A stretch of 32,000 nucleotides of DNA, from NCBI GenBank assembly GCA_016209685.1, contig JACQVQ010000012.1, positions 79,584 to 111,583 of the forward strand. Direction: 5' to 3'. Positions 8,942 through 17,956 of the stretch are shown one piece after another. Both the position numbers and the translations under genes were made by a program. The DNA comes from Planctomycetota bacterium (lineage in GTDB: Bacteria; Planctomycetota; Brocadiia; Brocadiales; Bathyanammoxibiaceae). How positions within the stretch are numbered: the first letter of the stretch is position 1; every line of letters begins with the position of its first letter. Under the pieces are notes generated by a model that was given only the letters and a program-made list of their open reading frames with translations, did not search any database and was not told the DNA's origin.

Positions 8942-10036
8942 ATGAGACACCTTCTTTTCCTTATATCCCTTTCTCTTTTGCCCCTATCAGTGGTAGGGGC
9001 AGACCAGGGAGAGACAGAGAAGTATTACAACCAGGCCCTGGAGTGTTATCAGAAGGGGTCTCTGGAAGAAGGGCTGCAGGCCTGTCAGAGGGCACTTGAA
9101 ATAGAGCCTACCTCGCCAAGGCCACACAACTATATGGGACTGTTTTATAAAAGGATGGGAAAGCTGGATGAGGCCATTAACCAGTTCAAAAAGGCCCTGG
9201 AGCTAGACGCCAACCTCCCTGAGGTCCATGCCAACCTGGGTAACGCATACACGGAGAAAGGCCTTATAGAGGAGTCTATCAAAGAACACCAGGTAGCCGT
9301 AGGACTGAGTCCCGATACGGCAGAACTCCATAATAACCTGGGCTACGCCCTGGAAAAGAGCGGTGAGATAGAGGAGGCAGTGGGCGAGTACCTTCGAGCC
9401 AACAGGCTCAACCCAGACCTGGCCGAGCCCCACGGTAACCTGGGGAGACTGTACCTCAAGAAGAGGATATTTCACAGGGCCATGAGCGAACTGGAAAGGG
9501 CCGTTGAAATCAACCCCTCTCTGGTAGAGTCCCACTACCTCTTGATAGAGGTCTATGTAACAAAGAACGCCCTGGAGAAGGCCACAGGACAGTGTGGGAT
9601 ACTCCTGGAACTAAACCCCAGAGACGCCCGGGCACGTACCCAGTTAGGGATGATACTGGCCAAGAAGGGGCAGACTGAAGGGGCCATCAAAGAGGGGTTA
9701 AAGGCACTGGAAATAGACCCACAACTGGCCGAGGCCCACACCCTCCTGGGAGACCTCTACTCCGCTCAGGGAGATACCGGGGAGGCCCTCAAGAGTTACC
9801 AGTCAGCAATAAAGGCCGACCCGAACTGTGCCGGTGCCCATCTAGGCCTTGCACTCCTCTATAACAAGGCCGGTATGCTTGAAGAGGCCATGGCCTCCTT
9901 TAAAGAGGCCGTCCGTCTTGACCCCGCTAACCCTGAGGCGAGGAAGGGCCTGGGACTGGTCTACGAACTCCTTGGAAAGGGACGGGAGGCAGACGAGGAA
10001 TTTAGGGTCTACGAGGCCCTCATTAGGAAGTCTTAG
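8942..10036 (+). CDS. Exported TPR-repeat protein
   Basis: Signal peptide MRHLLFLISLSLLPLSVVGA followed by about nine 34-residue TPR units such as AELHNNLGYALEKSGEIEEAVGEYLRANRLNPDL. ATG at 8942 is preferred over 8921. Confidence 0.8.
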   Translation: MRHLLFLISLSLLPLSVVGADQGETEKYYNQALECYQKGSLEEGLQACQRALEIEPTSPRPHNYMGLFYKRMGKLDEAINQFKKALELDANLPEVHANLGNAYTEKGLIEESIKEHQVAVGLSPDTAELHNNLGYALEKSGEIEEAVGEYLRANRLNPDLAEPHGNLGRLYLKKRIFHRAMSELERAVEINPSLVESHYLLIEVYVTKNALEKATGQCGILLELNPRDARARTQLGMILAKKGQTEGAIKEGLKALEIDPQLAEAHTLLGDLYSAQGDTGEALKSYQSAIKADPNCAGAHLGLALLYNKAGMLEEAMASFKEAVRLDPANPEARKGLGLVYELLGKGREADEEFRVYEALIRKS

Positions 10037-10055
10037 CCGGGGAACATTATTGTTT

Positions 10056-10277
10056 CTACAACACCTCCAAGAATTCCTCTACACTTATCCCTGCCTTTGT
10101 AATTAGGCTTCGCAAAGTGCCACGGGCGACCGTCGGATGGTTTGGCACTGAGAGTGCCGCTATATGCCCTGGCTTCGTCAGGATAATATGACTGCCTCGT
10201 TGACGTGTGACTTCCCAGCCAAGTTTTTCAAAGGCCTTCACTACCTCATAAGGTCTCAATATTGGGACACGTGGCAC
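10056..10277 (-). CDS. hicA: HicA-family mRNA interferase toxin (GTG start)
   Basis: 73 aa: YEVVKAFEKLGWEVTRQRGSHIILTKPG...VPNHPTVARGTLRSLITKAGISVEEFLEVL with the conserved GSH. Its start overlaps the hicB stop by 1 nt. Confidence 0.85.
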   Translation of the reverse strand: MPRVPILRPYEVVKAFEKLGWEVTRQRGSHIILTKPGHIAALSVPNHPTVARGTLRSLITKAGISVEEFLEVL

Positions 10278-10483
10278 TATACATTGACCTCTACCTGGCG
10301 AATCTCCACAGTCAAAGGCATCCCCTTTTCAGCTCGCACTTCCAAGCACTCCTTGATTGCCTCCCTAATATTACCCTCGGCCTCTTGTTCGGTCTTGCCC
10401 TGGCTCACACAGCCAGGGATAGATGGACATTCGGCTATGAACATTCCATCCTCATCTTGGAATATGGTTACAAGGAATTTCAT
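10277..10483 (-). CDS. hicB: HicB-family antitoxin, short form
   Basis: MKFLVTIFQDEDGMFIAECPSIPGCVSQGKTEQEAEGNIREAIKECLE is the HicB N-terminal domain. The longer ORF start at 10513 is less likely. Confidence 0.85.
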   Translation of the reverse strand: MKFLVTIFQDEDGMFIAECPSIPGCVSQGKTEQEAEGNIREAIKECLEVRAEKGMPLTVEIRQVEVNV

Positions 10484-10627
10484 TCCCCTTTTCCTCCCTG
10501 CATAATATTGCACACTTGTTACTATCTTGCAACGCCCAAAATGACATCGTTTCTCCCCTTGTGGGTCACGCCGACTTGGTCCGCCTCAGGCGGACAGATC
10601 GGTAGACCCGGCCACCACGCTTTGATC

Positions 10628-10981
10628 CTATTTAGGCTCATCGCCCGTGGGGAAGAGCATCAGGTTCGTGTCCTTTACCAGATGGTACATCCTTTTGGCG
10701 TCTAGGAGGGCCTTTTCCTGGGGCACAAGCGGGGTAATCTCTATTTTGGTAAAGAACGGGAAGAGGGGGAGTTTTGTTACGATTGCCTCTATCTCCTCGC
10801 TGGAGTCTGCATCAAAGATGGCGGCGGCGCCGCGCCTACCGGCCAGTTTTCCACCGGCCAGCACCTTCCCTCTCTTCTTCATCCTCTCGTAATACTCCCA
10901 TTCCTTGATGAGCAGTTCAAAGAAACTCCTGGTGGGTATCTGAGGGAGTTTTTCTATCTCAACCTTTACCAGAAAGAGCAT
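10628..10981 (-). CDS. Muconolactone delta-isomerase-like (dimeric alpha/beta barrel) protein
   Basis: MLFLVKVEIEKLPQIPTRSFFELLIKEWEYYERMKKRGKVLAGGKLAGRRGAAAIFDADSSEEIEAIVTKLPLFPFFTKIEITPLV. The start at 10981 has GGAGG just upstream; the ORF extension to 11050 is repeat-derived. Confidence 0.6.
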   Translation of the reverse strand: MLFLVKVEIEKLPQIPTRSFFELLIKEWEYYERMKKRGKVLAGGKLAGRRGAAAIFDADSSEEIEAIVTKLPLFPFFTKIEITPLVPQEKALLDAKRMYHLVKDTNLMLFPTGDEPK

Positions 10982-11053
10982 GGTTCCTCCGAATGAAGAA
11001 TGTGGAATTCGGAATGCGGAATCCCGCATTCGGCAATCTGCAATCCGCAATGA

Positions 11054-11797
11054 CTACATGGCCAGGCCGCCGTCTACGTTCAGGACGTGGCCTGTGGTAT
11101 AACTGGAGGCGTCTGAGACCAGAAACGCAACGGCCCTTGCCACCTCCTCTGCCTTACCAACGCGGCCCATGGGGATTAGCTTCAGGGCCTCTTCCATGTA
11201 CTCTTTCTTCAACCCCTGGGTCATCTCCGTGTCTATGAACCCTGGGGCTACGGCATTTACTGAGATATTGAACCTCGCCAACTCCTTGGCGAGGGACTTC
11301 GTGAACCCTATAAGCCCCGCCTTGGAGGAGGCATAATTGGTCTGCCCCATCATCCCTATGATTCCACTTACCGAGGTTATATTTACTATGGAACCACTTT
11401 TTTGCTTCATCATGGGGAACACCACGGCCCTGGTGCAATTGAAGGCCCCGTTCAGGTTGGTATCTATTACCTCCCTCCATTCCTGCTCGCTCATCCTCAT
11501 CATCAGATTATCTCTGGTGACCCCTGCGTTATTTACTAGGATATCTATCTTCCCAAAGTGTTTTATGGCCGTACTGACCATCTCTTTGGACTGATTGAAG
11601 TCTGCTACGTTACTCTGTAGAGGCAGGGCCTTTACGCCGAGGTTACTTAACTCTGTTTCCACCTCCTTGGCCTTCTCTACGTTCTTGGCGAAGCTGAAGG
11701 CCACGTCCACACCTCTCTGGGCCAGTTCCAACACGATAGCCCTTCCTATACCTCGCGTCCCCCCCGTTACGATTGCCACTTTACCTTTTAAGGACAT
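11054..11797 (-). CDS. fabG: 3-oxoacyl-[acyl-carrier-protein] reductase (FabG, SDR family)
   Basis: TGGTRGIGRAI, NNAG, catalytic S...YxxxK (NITSVSG...NYASSK) and C-terminal GHVLNVDGGLAM. Confidence 0.93.
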   Translation of the reverse strand: MSLKGKVAIVTGGTRGIGRAIVLELAQRGVDVAFSFAKNVEKAKEVETELSNLGVKALPLQSNVADFNQSKEMVSTAIKHFGKIDILVNNAGVTRDNLMMRMSEQEWREVIDTNLNGAFNCTRAVVFPMMKQKSGSIVNITSVSGIIGMMGQTNYASSKAGLIGFTKSLAKELARFNISVNAVAPGFIDTEMTQGLKKEYMEEALKLIPMGRVGKAEEVARAVAFLVSDASSYTTGHVLNVDGGLAM

Positions 11798-11889
11798 AAA
11801 TAGTCTCCATTCTTTTTAGACAATAGACCCTGGACTTTAGACTTTGGACTTCTTACCATTGTCTAAAGTCTAGTGTCAAATGTCCAAGT

Positions 11890-13896
11890 TCATATCTCCA
11901 GTGAGACCTTAAAACCCTCGTGGACGGCCTCCATAGCCGTCCTGACCTTTACGCAATCCCCTATCGTATACACCTCCGGCACCAGGCTGTCCAGTTGCTG
12001 ATAAAGGGAATTATTGGGCATGTAACCCGTTGCCAGGATTACCGTCTCGGCCGGTAGGAAGGTCTCCTTACCTTCTTTCTCAAACAAGATTCCACTGGAA
12101 GGCCCTTCTCGTATCTCCTTCACCTTTACCCCTGTCAGAGTCTCTATGCCTGCCTCTTCCATCTCCTGGAGGATGACCCAGCGGGTGGAGAGGCCAAACC
12201 CGCTCCCCACCCTCTTCTTCATCTCCAGTACAGTAACCTTGCGATGACCACGGGTGGTCCTCAGGAGGGCATTAGGGAGGTCAATTACTTGGTTCTTCAG
12301 GAGGAAGAGGGCCACCTCCGGGCTCATACCCCCCAGTTTGGCCGCGTAAAGGGCCACTTCACACCCCACAGACCCTCCCCCTATAATTGCCACAGGATTC
12401 CCCACCGGGACCCTCTTCTCCAGGATATCCCTGGCCAGTACCACGTTCTTCCCCTTTACCCCTGGTATGGGAGGGATTACCGGTAAAGAACCGGTGGAGA
12501 GGATGACTACCTGGGGACGTTCCCTTTCTATAAGCCCTATGTCAACCTTTACCCCTAGATTTACCCTCACCCCTAATTTCGCCAGCTGTCTCTCAAAATA
12601 ATTTATGACGTGCTGAAACTCTCCCCGACCTGGGGGTTTATAGGCATAATGGAGTTGTCCTCCCAGATAGGAGTCGTTCTCGTAAAGGGTCACCTGGTGT
12701 CCCCTCAAGGCGGCCACCCTGGCGGCCTCCATACCACCCGGACCACCCCCGACAATCATTACCTTCTTCTTAACTGGTGACTCCTTGATGACGTATTCCC
12801 TTTCGTGACCTACCTGCGGGTTATAGAGGCAGGAGACAGGTCTCATGTTCAGGAGTTCATCAAAGCATCCCTGGTTGCATGCAATGCACGTCCTGATGTC
12901 CTCCCATCTGCCTTCTTGGTATTTTTTGGGTAGTTCCGGGTCTGCGATGAGGGGGCGGCCCACTGCTATGAGGTCTGCCTGACCATCCATGAGGAGTTCT
13001 TCAGCCACTGCCAGGTCGTTTATCCTCACCCCTGCTATGACAGGGAGGTTGACGTTTTCCTTAATAGACGAGGCCAGGAAGGTATAGGCCATCCGTGGGA
13101 TGGCCATGACCATTATAGGGGTCTTGCTCTCGTGCCACCCTGGGGAGACGTGAAAGGCATCTACCCCGACCCGGGCGAGTTCCACGGCAATCTCTATGTT
13201 CTCATTTATTCTGTTCCCCCCCTTCATGAGTTCATCCCCGGAGAGCCTGAAGATAATGGGAAAGTCCTTGCCCGCCAGTTCCTTCGTCGCCTGCACCACC
13301 TCTTTGGCGAATCTGAGCCGACCCTGGAGGTCTCCTCCATACTCGTCTTCTCTCTGGTTGGTTATGAGGGATAGGAATTGGTTTATCAGGTAACCCATCC
13401 CGCCGTGTATCTCTACGGCGTCAAAGCCTGCCTCCCTGGCCCTGAGGGCGGCCCTGGCGTAGCTGGTTATTATCTCCTTTATCTCAGGGATGGTGAGTGG
13501 TCTGGGGACGTCCCTGGCAAGGCGGGTGGGGACGCTGGAGGCAGAGACGGGTTGCCTCTTAGTGAAGAGGCTGGAGGCATAGCGGCCCCCATGAAGGAGT
13601 TGGGGGGCGGTCTTTGCCCCGAGCAGGTGCATTGCCTCGGTAAACCTTCTAAGGCCTGGGATATAGCGGTCATCGTCCAGGCCGAGGATACTCTTCCATG
13701 CCTTACCGCTCTCATGGGGGTAACAACCCCCTATTATTATGAGCGCCACGCCGCCCTTCGCCCTCTCGGCGTAAAAATCTATGAAGCGGTCGTTGACGAA
13801 GCCATCGGTAGAGAAGCCCACGTCCATGGCCGTCATGACCAGACGGTTCTTGAGTTCCAGGGGGCCAATGTTTGTACGGTCAAAAAGGCTTATCAT
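11890..13896 (-). CDS. NADH:flavin oxidoreductase of 2,4-dienoyl-CoA reductase (FadH)/Old Yellow Enzyme type with 4Fe-4S and FAD/NAD domains
   Basis: N-terminal OYE barrel (EIHGGMGYLINQFLSL), Cys cluster CIACNQGCFDELLNMRPVSCLYNP, and dinucleotide motifs VGGGPGGMEAAR and IIGGGSVGCEVA. ATG at 13896 is preferred; MPLLLKK comes from a palindrome. Confidence 0.85.
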   Translation of the reverse strand: MISLFDRTNIGPLELKNRLVMTAMDVGFSTDGFVNDRFIDFYAERAKGGVALIIIGGCYPHESGKAWKSILGLDDDRYIPGLRRFTEAMHLLGAKTAPQLLHGGRYASSLFTKRQPVSASSVPTRLARDVPRPLTIPEIKEIITSYARAALRAREAGFDAVEIHGGMGYLINQFLSLITNQREDEYGGDLQGRLRFAKEVVQATKELAGKDFPIIFRLSGDELMKGGNRINENIEIAVELARVGVDAFHVSPGWHESKTPIMVMAIPRMAYTFLASSIKENVNLPVIAGVRINDLAVAEELLMDGQADLIAVGRPLIADPELPKKYQEGRWEDIRTCIACNQGCFDELLNMRPVSCLYNPQVGHEREYVIKESPVKKKVMIVGGGPGGMEAARVAALRGHQVTLYENDSYLGGQLHYAYKPPGRGEFQHVINYFERQLAKLGVRVNLGVKVDIGLIERERPQVVILSTGSLPVIPPIPGVKGKNVVLARDILEKRVPVGNPVAIIGGGSVGCEVALYAAKLGGMSPEVALFLLKNQVIDLPNALLRTTRGHRKVTVLEMKKRVGSGFGLSTRWVILQEMEEAGIETLTGVKVKEIREGPSSGILFEKEGKETFLPAETVILATGYMPNNSLYQQLDSLVPEVYTIGDCVKVRTAMEAVHEGFKVSLEI

Positions 13897-13907
13897 CTTT
13901 TTAAGCA

Positions 13908-13935
13908 GTAGGGGCACGGCATGCCGTGCCCCTAC
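13908..13935. repeat. Perfect 28-bp palindrome GTAGGGGCACGGCATGCCGTGCCCCTAC
   Basis: 14+14 perfect self-complementarity, between the ketosynthase-like gene and the FadH-like gene. Confidence 0.95.
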
Positions 13936-13947
13936 ATTCCTGGGTGT

Positions 13948-15219
13948 TTACTGTTGGTTCCTCTTCAGGACTAAACAAGAGCCATTTCCTGCAGGGTCTA
14001 GAGAGTTTACCATAGCAGAGCGTATGTCTATTTGTAGTGCCTTCTTTGTAACCAGGTTGAGGTTACATTCGGGGTCGGGGTCTTCCAGGTTGGCGATAGG
14101 TGGGACGAGGGAATTTTCCATGGCCAATACACATGAGACCACCTGCAAAGCACCGGCGGCACCGTAGCACTCTCCGGCAAGGGGTTTTACGGAGGTCACT
14201 AACGCCTTCTTTGAGGAGTCCCCGGAGAGGCCCTTGATTGCCCTGGCCTCTATCATATCCAGGAGATTACTGGAGTTCCCATTGGCATAGATGAGATCCA
14301 GGGACTCGCCAGAGAGGGACCCGTCCTCCAGGGCTAGTTCCATAACCCTTTGTGCCCTGCTGATTTTTTCTTCCAGGCTGAACCTGTTACTCCCTATATA
14401 GGTGGTGCCGTAGCCTACCACTTCTCCGTATATCTTTACCCCTCTACTGCGGGCTGACTCCAGTTCCTCCAGGATGACTACGTAGCCCCCCTCGCCGAGG
14501 ACGAAGCCATTTCTGTGCCTGCCAAAGGGCCTGCTCAGTTCAGGCCCAGAGTTATTGGAACCCGACAGGAGTCCCTGCAGGAGGAATATGAGGTAGCTGT
14601 CCAGCGATAACTGCTCCACCCCACCTGCGATTAGGAGGTTGTCCCTGCCGCTCCTGATGAGGTTAAAGGCGTTGCCTATGGCATCCATGCTGGAAGTGAA
14701 ACCAGAGGAGATGGTCCTGGAAGGGCCCTTTAGTTTGAAGAATACGGAGGCAAAATTGATGGAGGAGTTGAGGGCCACGTCAAAGCTGGCCATGGGTAAT
14801 AGCTTTTCAGGGCCCAGCTTAAAGATGTTATAGGTATAGTCAGTAGTCTGGGAGTAGTTGCCCAGTGCAGAGCCTATTATAACCCCTGCATGTTCAGGAA
14901 AATGTCCGTTGGTATTGAGGCGGGCATCCTCCAGTGCCATCTTAATGGCTGAGGTAAGGAACTTAGTGCCTTTCGTGAGGTACTTGAGGCCCTTGTCCCC
15001 CAGGTAGTCTGCAGGATTAAAACCCTTGACCTCGGCGGCCAGCTTGCAGGGGTAGGAGGTAACGTCTATGGAGGCTATAGGGGCAACCCCCGAGCGGCCT
15101 TCTACCAGATTCGTCCAGAACTCTTGACGGCCAATGCCCAGGGGTGAGACGATACCGATACCGGTTATTGCTACCCTCTTCCTTACGTCTGCCTGCCCTG
15201 CTCCATTAGGTTGAGTCAT
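13948..15219 (-). CDS. Beta-ketoacyl synthase-like subunit with degenerate catalytic triad (KS-beta/chain-length-factor-like)
   Basis: Thiolase-fold KS throughout (RVAITGIGIVSPLG..., RPFGRHRNGFVLGEGGYVVILEELE). In register with the adjacent KS, the Cys position is F (SSGFTSS), His1 is N (YANGNSS) and His2 is E (PLAGECYGAAG). Confidence 0.85.
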   Translation of the reverse strand: MTQPNGAGQADVRKRVAITGIGIVSPLGIGRQEFWTNLVEGRSGVAPIASIDVTSYPCKLAAEVKGFNPADYLGDKGLKYLTKGTKFLTSAIKMALEDARLNTNGHFPEHAGVIIGSALGNYSQTTDYTYNIFKLGPEKLLPMASFDVALNSSINFASVFFKLKGPSRTISSGFTSSMDAIGNAFNLIRSGRDNLLIAGGVEQLSLDSYLIFLLQGLLSGSNNSGPELSRPFGRHRNGFVLGEGGYVVILEELESARSRGVKIYGEVVGYGTTYIGSNRFSLEEKISRAQRVMELALEDGSLSGESLDLIYANGNSSNLLDMIEARAIKGLSGDSSKKALVTSVKPLAGECYGAAGALQVVSCVLAMENSLVPPIANLEDPDPECNLNLVTKKALQIDIRSAMVNSLDPAGNGSCLVLKRNQQ

Positions 15220-15221
15220 TG

Positions 15222-16457
15222 CTAAATAACACTTCCTCTTTCTACGGGCAGGTGTACCCTACCAAAGACAACACTGGCATTATTGCCGCCGAAGGCAAAG
15301 GAGTTATTCAAGGCATAATTTGTCTTACACTCCCTGGCCTGGTTAGGGACGCAGTTAAGGTTACATTCGGGGTCTTCGGTCTCATAATTAATCGTGGGGG
15401 GGATAGCCCCTTCTTTTATGGCCATACAGCAGACTATGGATTCAATGGCGCTGGCCGCCCCCATGGTATGCCCTATCATGGATTTTACGGAACTACAAGG
15501 TATATCCTGTGCCATCTCCCTGAAGACAGTTTGAAGGGCCAGGGTCTCCATCTTGTCATTGAGGGGCGTACCGGTGCCGTGGGCGCTTATGTAGTCAATG
15601 TCTTTGTAGGAAAGTCCGGCTGAGGCAAGGGCCACCTCCATAGCCCTCATCGGTCCCTCTCCACTGGGGTGAGGGGCTGTCATGTGGTAGCCGTCACTGC
15701 TGAGGCCGTATCCCCTCACTTCTGCGTATATCTTGGCATCTCTCCTGTGAGCCAGCTCCATAGATTCCAGTATGAGGACCCCTGCCCCTGCCCCCACCAC
15801 CAATCCCTGGCGGTTCTTATCAAAGGGCTGGCATTTCTCGGGGGCCAGGGACTTCAGGTTGTGGAAGTGAGTAAATTCCGTCTGTGGCACTACGTCACTC
15901 CCTCCCACTATCATGGCGTCTACCTTGCCCTCCCGTATGGCATCAAAGGCCCAGCTGATTGCGTGGTTACCTGAACTGCAGGCATTGATGAGGATAATGT
16001 TGGGCCCTTCCATGTGGAACTCTTCTGCCAGTTGGGTGGAGAGAGTCATGGGTGGATAGCTCAGGGCCACCTCTATATCAAATCCGTCTGCCTTGTTCAG
16101 GTGGTGGTTCCTCAGCCTCTGTTCAAACAGGGAGAGTTCGCCGGCAAGGGTACCTATTGAGACACCAACCCTGTCCCGTCTCAAGGGTTCATAGCCGTCC
16201 AGACCACTGTCTTCCAGGGCCTCTCTGGCCGATGCCAGTAGACAATCATACACGGTGAAAGGCTTTTTCGTGATTATGTGGCCGTTGAAGTTCAATTTCT
16301 TCACCTCGCAGGCCCGGTGGACCTTGTACCTGGAGGTATCAAAGGAGGTTATCTCTGAGATGCCGTCTTTACCAGCTAACATTGCCTCCCAGGATTCTTT
16401 TACGTTGGCACCGAGGGCTGTTACTAGACCTATACCTGTTACTACTACTCTCCGCAT
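15222..16457 (-). CDS. Beta-ketoacyl-ACP synthase, FabF-like, with intact C-H-H triad (KS-alpha-like)
   Basis: MRRVVVTGIGLVTALG..., active site INACSSGNHA, SAHGTGTPLND and KSMIGHTMGAASAIE. Confidence 0.9.
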   Translation of the reverse strand: MRRVVVTGIGLVTALGANVKESWEAMLAGKDGISEITSFDTSRYKVHRACEVKKLNFNGHIITKKPFTVYDCLLASAREALEDSGLDGYEPLRRDRVGVSIGTLAGELSLFEQRLRNHHLNKADGFDIEVALSYPPMTLSTQLAEEFHMEGPNIILINACSSGNHAISWAFDAIREGKVDAMIVGGSDVVPQTEFTHFHNLKSLAPEKCQPFDKNRQGLVVGAGAGVLILESMELAHRRDAKIYAEVRGYGLSSDGYHMTAPHPSGEGPMRAMEVALASAGLSYKDIDYISAHGTGTPLNDKMETLALQTVFREMAQDIPCSSVKSMIGHTMGAASAIESIVCCMAIKEGAIPPTINYETEDPECNLNCVPNQARECKTNYALNNSFAFGGNNASVVFGRVHLPVERGSVI

Positions 16458-16468
16458 ACTAACCCCTT

Positions 16469-17944
16469 TTATGTCTTTGTAGCCATTAGGTTGGTGGGCT
16501 CATCGTATCTCTGTTTTTTGCCGATACGCTCAAGGGCAGCCTCATACACCCCAGAGGCCTGAAGGGTCTTCAGATTTTCCAACAAATGTTTGAATACGTT
16601 CCGCCAGTCCCAATTTACCTTCAAGGCGAAGAGGGCAGAATTGTTGTTCTGGAGGACGTCTCTTGAGTTCTGGAAGCGTTTCCTTATGACCTCAGTAGAG
16701 TAGAGCTTGTTATAAAGTTTTTGCATCCCGTCAACGAGTTCCGGGAGGGAGAGTTTCTTCAGGATATACACAAGGTGGTGGGAGGTGTAGTAAATCCAGT
16801 CCTCGGGGAAGTGATTGCGGAACAGCCTGTTGTCTGACTCCAGCCGCTTGTACAGCGGGGTATTGATGAAGGGGCAGAGGATACCACAGGTCATAATATC
16901 TATCTGGGAGTTCAGGATGAAGTCTGCTACCTCGTCAAAGGTCTCCGTGGTGTCGGTATCGTTGCCGAAGATGAAGGTACCCCAGACGGCTATGCCGTGT
17001 TTGCGGATGTTCTTGACTGCCTCGTAGTACCTTTCAATGGTAATCCGCAAGTTCACGTTTTTGTTCATGGAGTAGAGGGCATCCTTGTTGAGGGATTCTA
17101 TGCCGATGAGTACCCCCACACAACCGCTCCTGACCATGTAGTCCAGGGTCTCGTCGTCCTTGTAGATGTTAAGGGAGGTGAAGCCGAACCAGTTCTGATA
17201 TATCCCCCTTTCCACCATGCCCTTAAAGAGGTCTCTTACCCTATCATTTGATTTTTTGCTGTGGCCATAGAAGTTTTCGTCCGTAAGGACAAGTCCCCTG
17301 TACTGCCCCTTTATGGCCGCAAACTCGTTCAAGACGTCCCCAATGGGTCTCTCTCTATATTTCTGCCCCTGAAACTGGGGTACGGAACAGAATTCGCAAC
17401 TGAATGGACATCCCGCCGTAGTGATGATACCAGAATAGCGGTACTTGTATTTTGCCTTCAGGAAATCCCTGGCAGGGTAAAGACCGTTAAGGTTCTCCAG
17501 GGGCGTCAGCCCCCCGTCGTAACGCTTCTGGAGTTGCCCGCACTCAAAGTCAGCCAGTAACCTTCCCCATATTGAGATAGCCTCTTTTGTAACTACGCAG
17601 TCTACGTGTTGGGCAACTTCGTGGGGATATATGGTGGCATGGACCCCACCCATTACTACAGGAATGCCCCTTTTCTTACAGGCATGGGCAATGGCATAGG
17701 CCCGTGGTGCCTGATAGCTTACAGACGTTATCCCAACCAGGTCTGCCCCCTGGAAAGCCAACTGGTTATTTGCATCTAATGCAAGCTCCGTGGTCTCATC
17801 TATAACGTCCACCTCCCAGTGTTCGGGCATAAGGGTTATCAGGTAACCCAGATTTACAGGCATCTGATTGAGCACCGACACATTCTCTTCCCCCACGTTT
17901 CCTATGGGGTGAGGGTTTATGAGTACGAGCTTTCTCTTCTTCAT
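16469..17944 (-). CDS. B12-binding-domain radical SAM protein
   Basis: N-terminal Rossmann-like region with PVVMGGVHATIYPHE, 4Fe-4S motif CPFSCEFC, and GTFIFGNDTDTTETFDEVADF. Confidence 0.88.
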   Translation of the reverse strand: MKKRKLVLINPHPIGNVGEENVSVLNQMPVNLGYLITLMPEHWEVDVIDETTELALDANNQLAFQGADLVGITSVSYQAPRAYAIAHACKKRGIPVVMGGVHATIYPHEVAQHVDCVVTKEAISIWGRLLADFECGQLQKRYDGGLTPLENLNGLYPARDFLKAKYKYRYSGIITTAGCPFSCEFCSVPQFQGQKYRERPIGDVLNEFAAIKGQYRGLVLTDENFYGHSKKSNDRVRDLFKGMVERGIYQNWFGFTSLNIYKDDETLDYMVRSGCVGVLIGIESLNKDALYSMNKNVNLRITIERYYEAVKNIRKHGIAVWGTFIFGNDTDTTETFDEVADFILNSQIDIMTCGILCPFINTPLYKRLESDNRLFRNHFPEDWIYYTSHHLVYILKKLSLPELVDGMQKLYNKLYSTEVIRKRFQNSRDVLQNNNSALFALKVNWDWRNVFKHLLENLKTLQASGVYEAALERIGKKQRYDEPTNLMATKT

Positions 17945-17956
17945 CTTCTCTCTCTT

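Noticed and set aside
10982-11050. Extension MRIADCRMRDSAFRIPHSSFGGT of the isomerase-like protein as a signal peptide
   Set aside because: It is repeat-derived; the SD-led ATG at 10981 fits the conserved domain.
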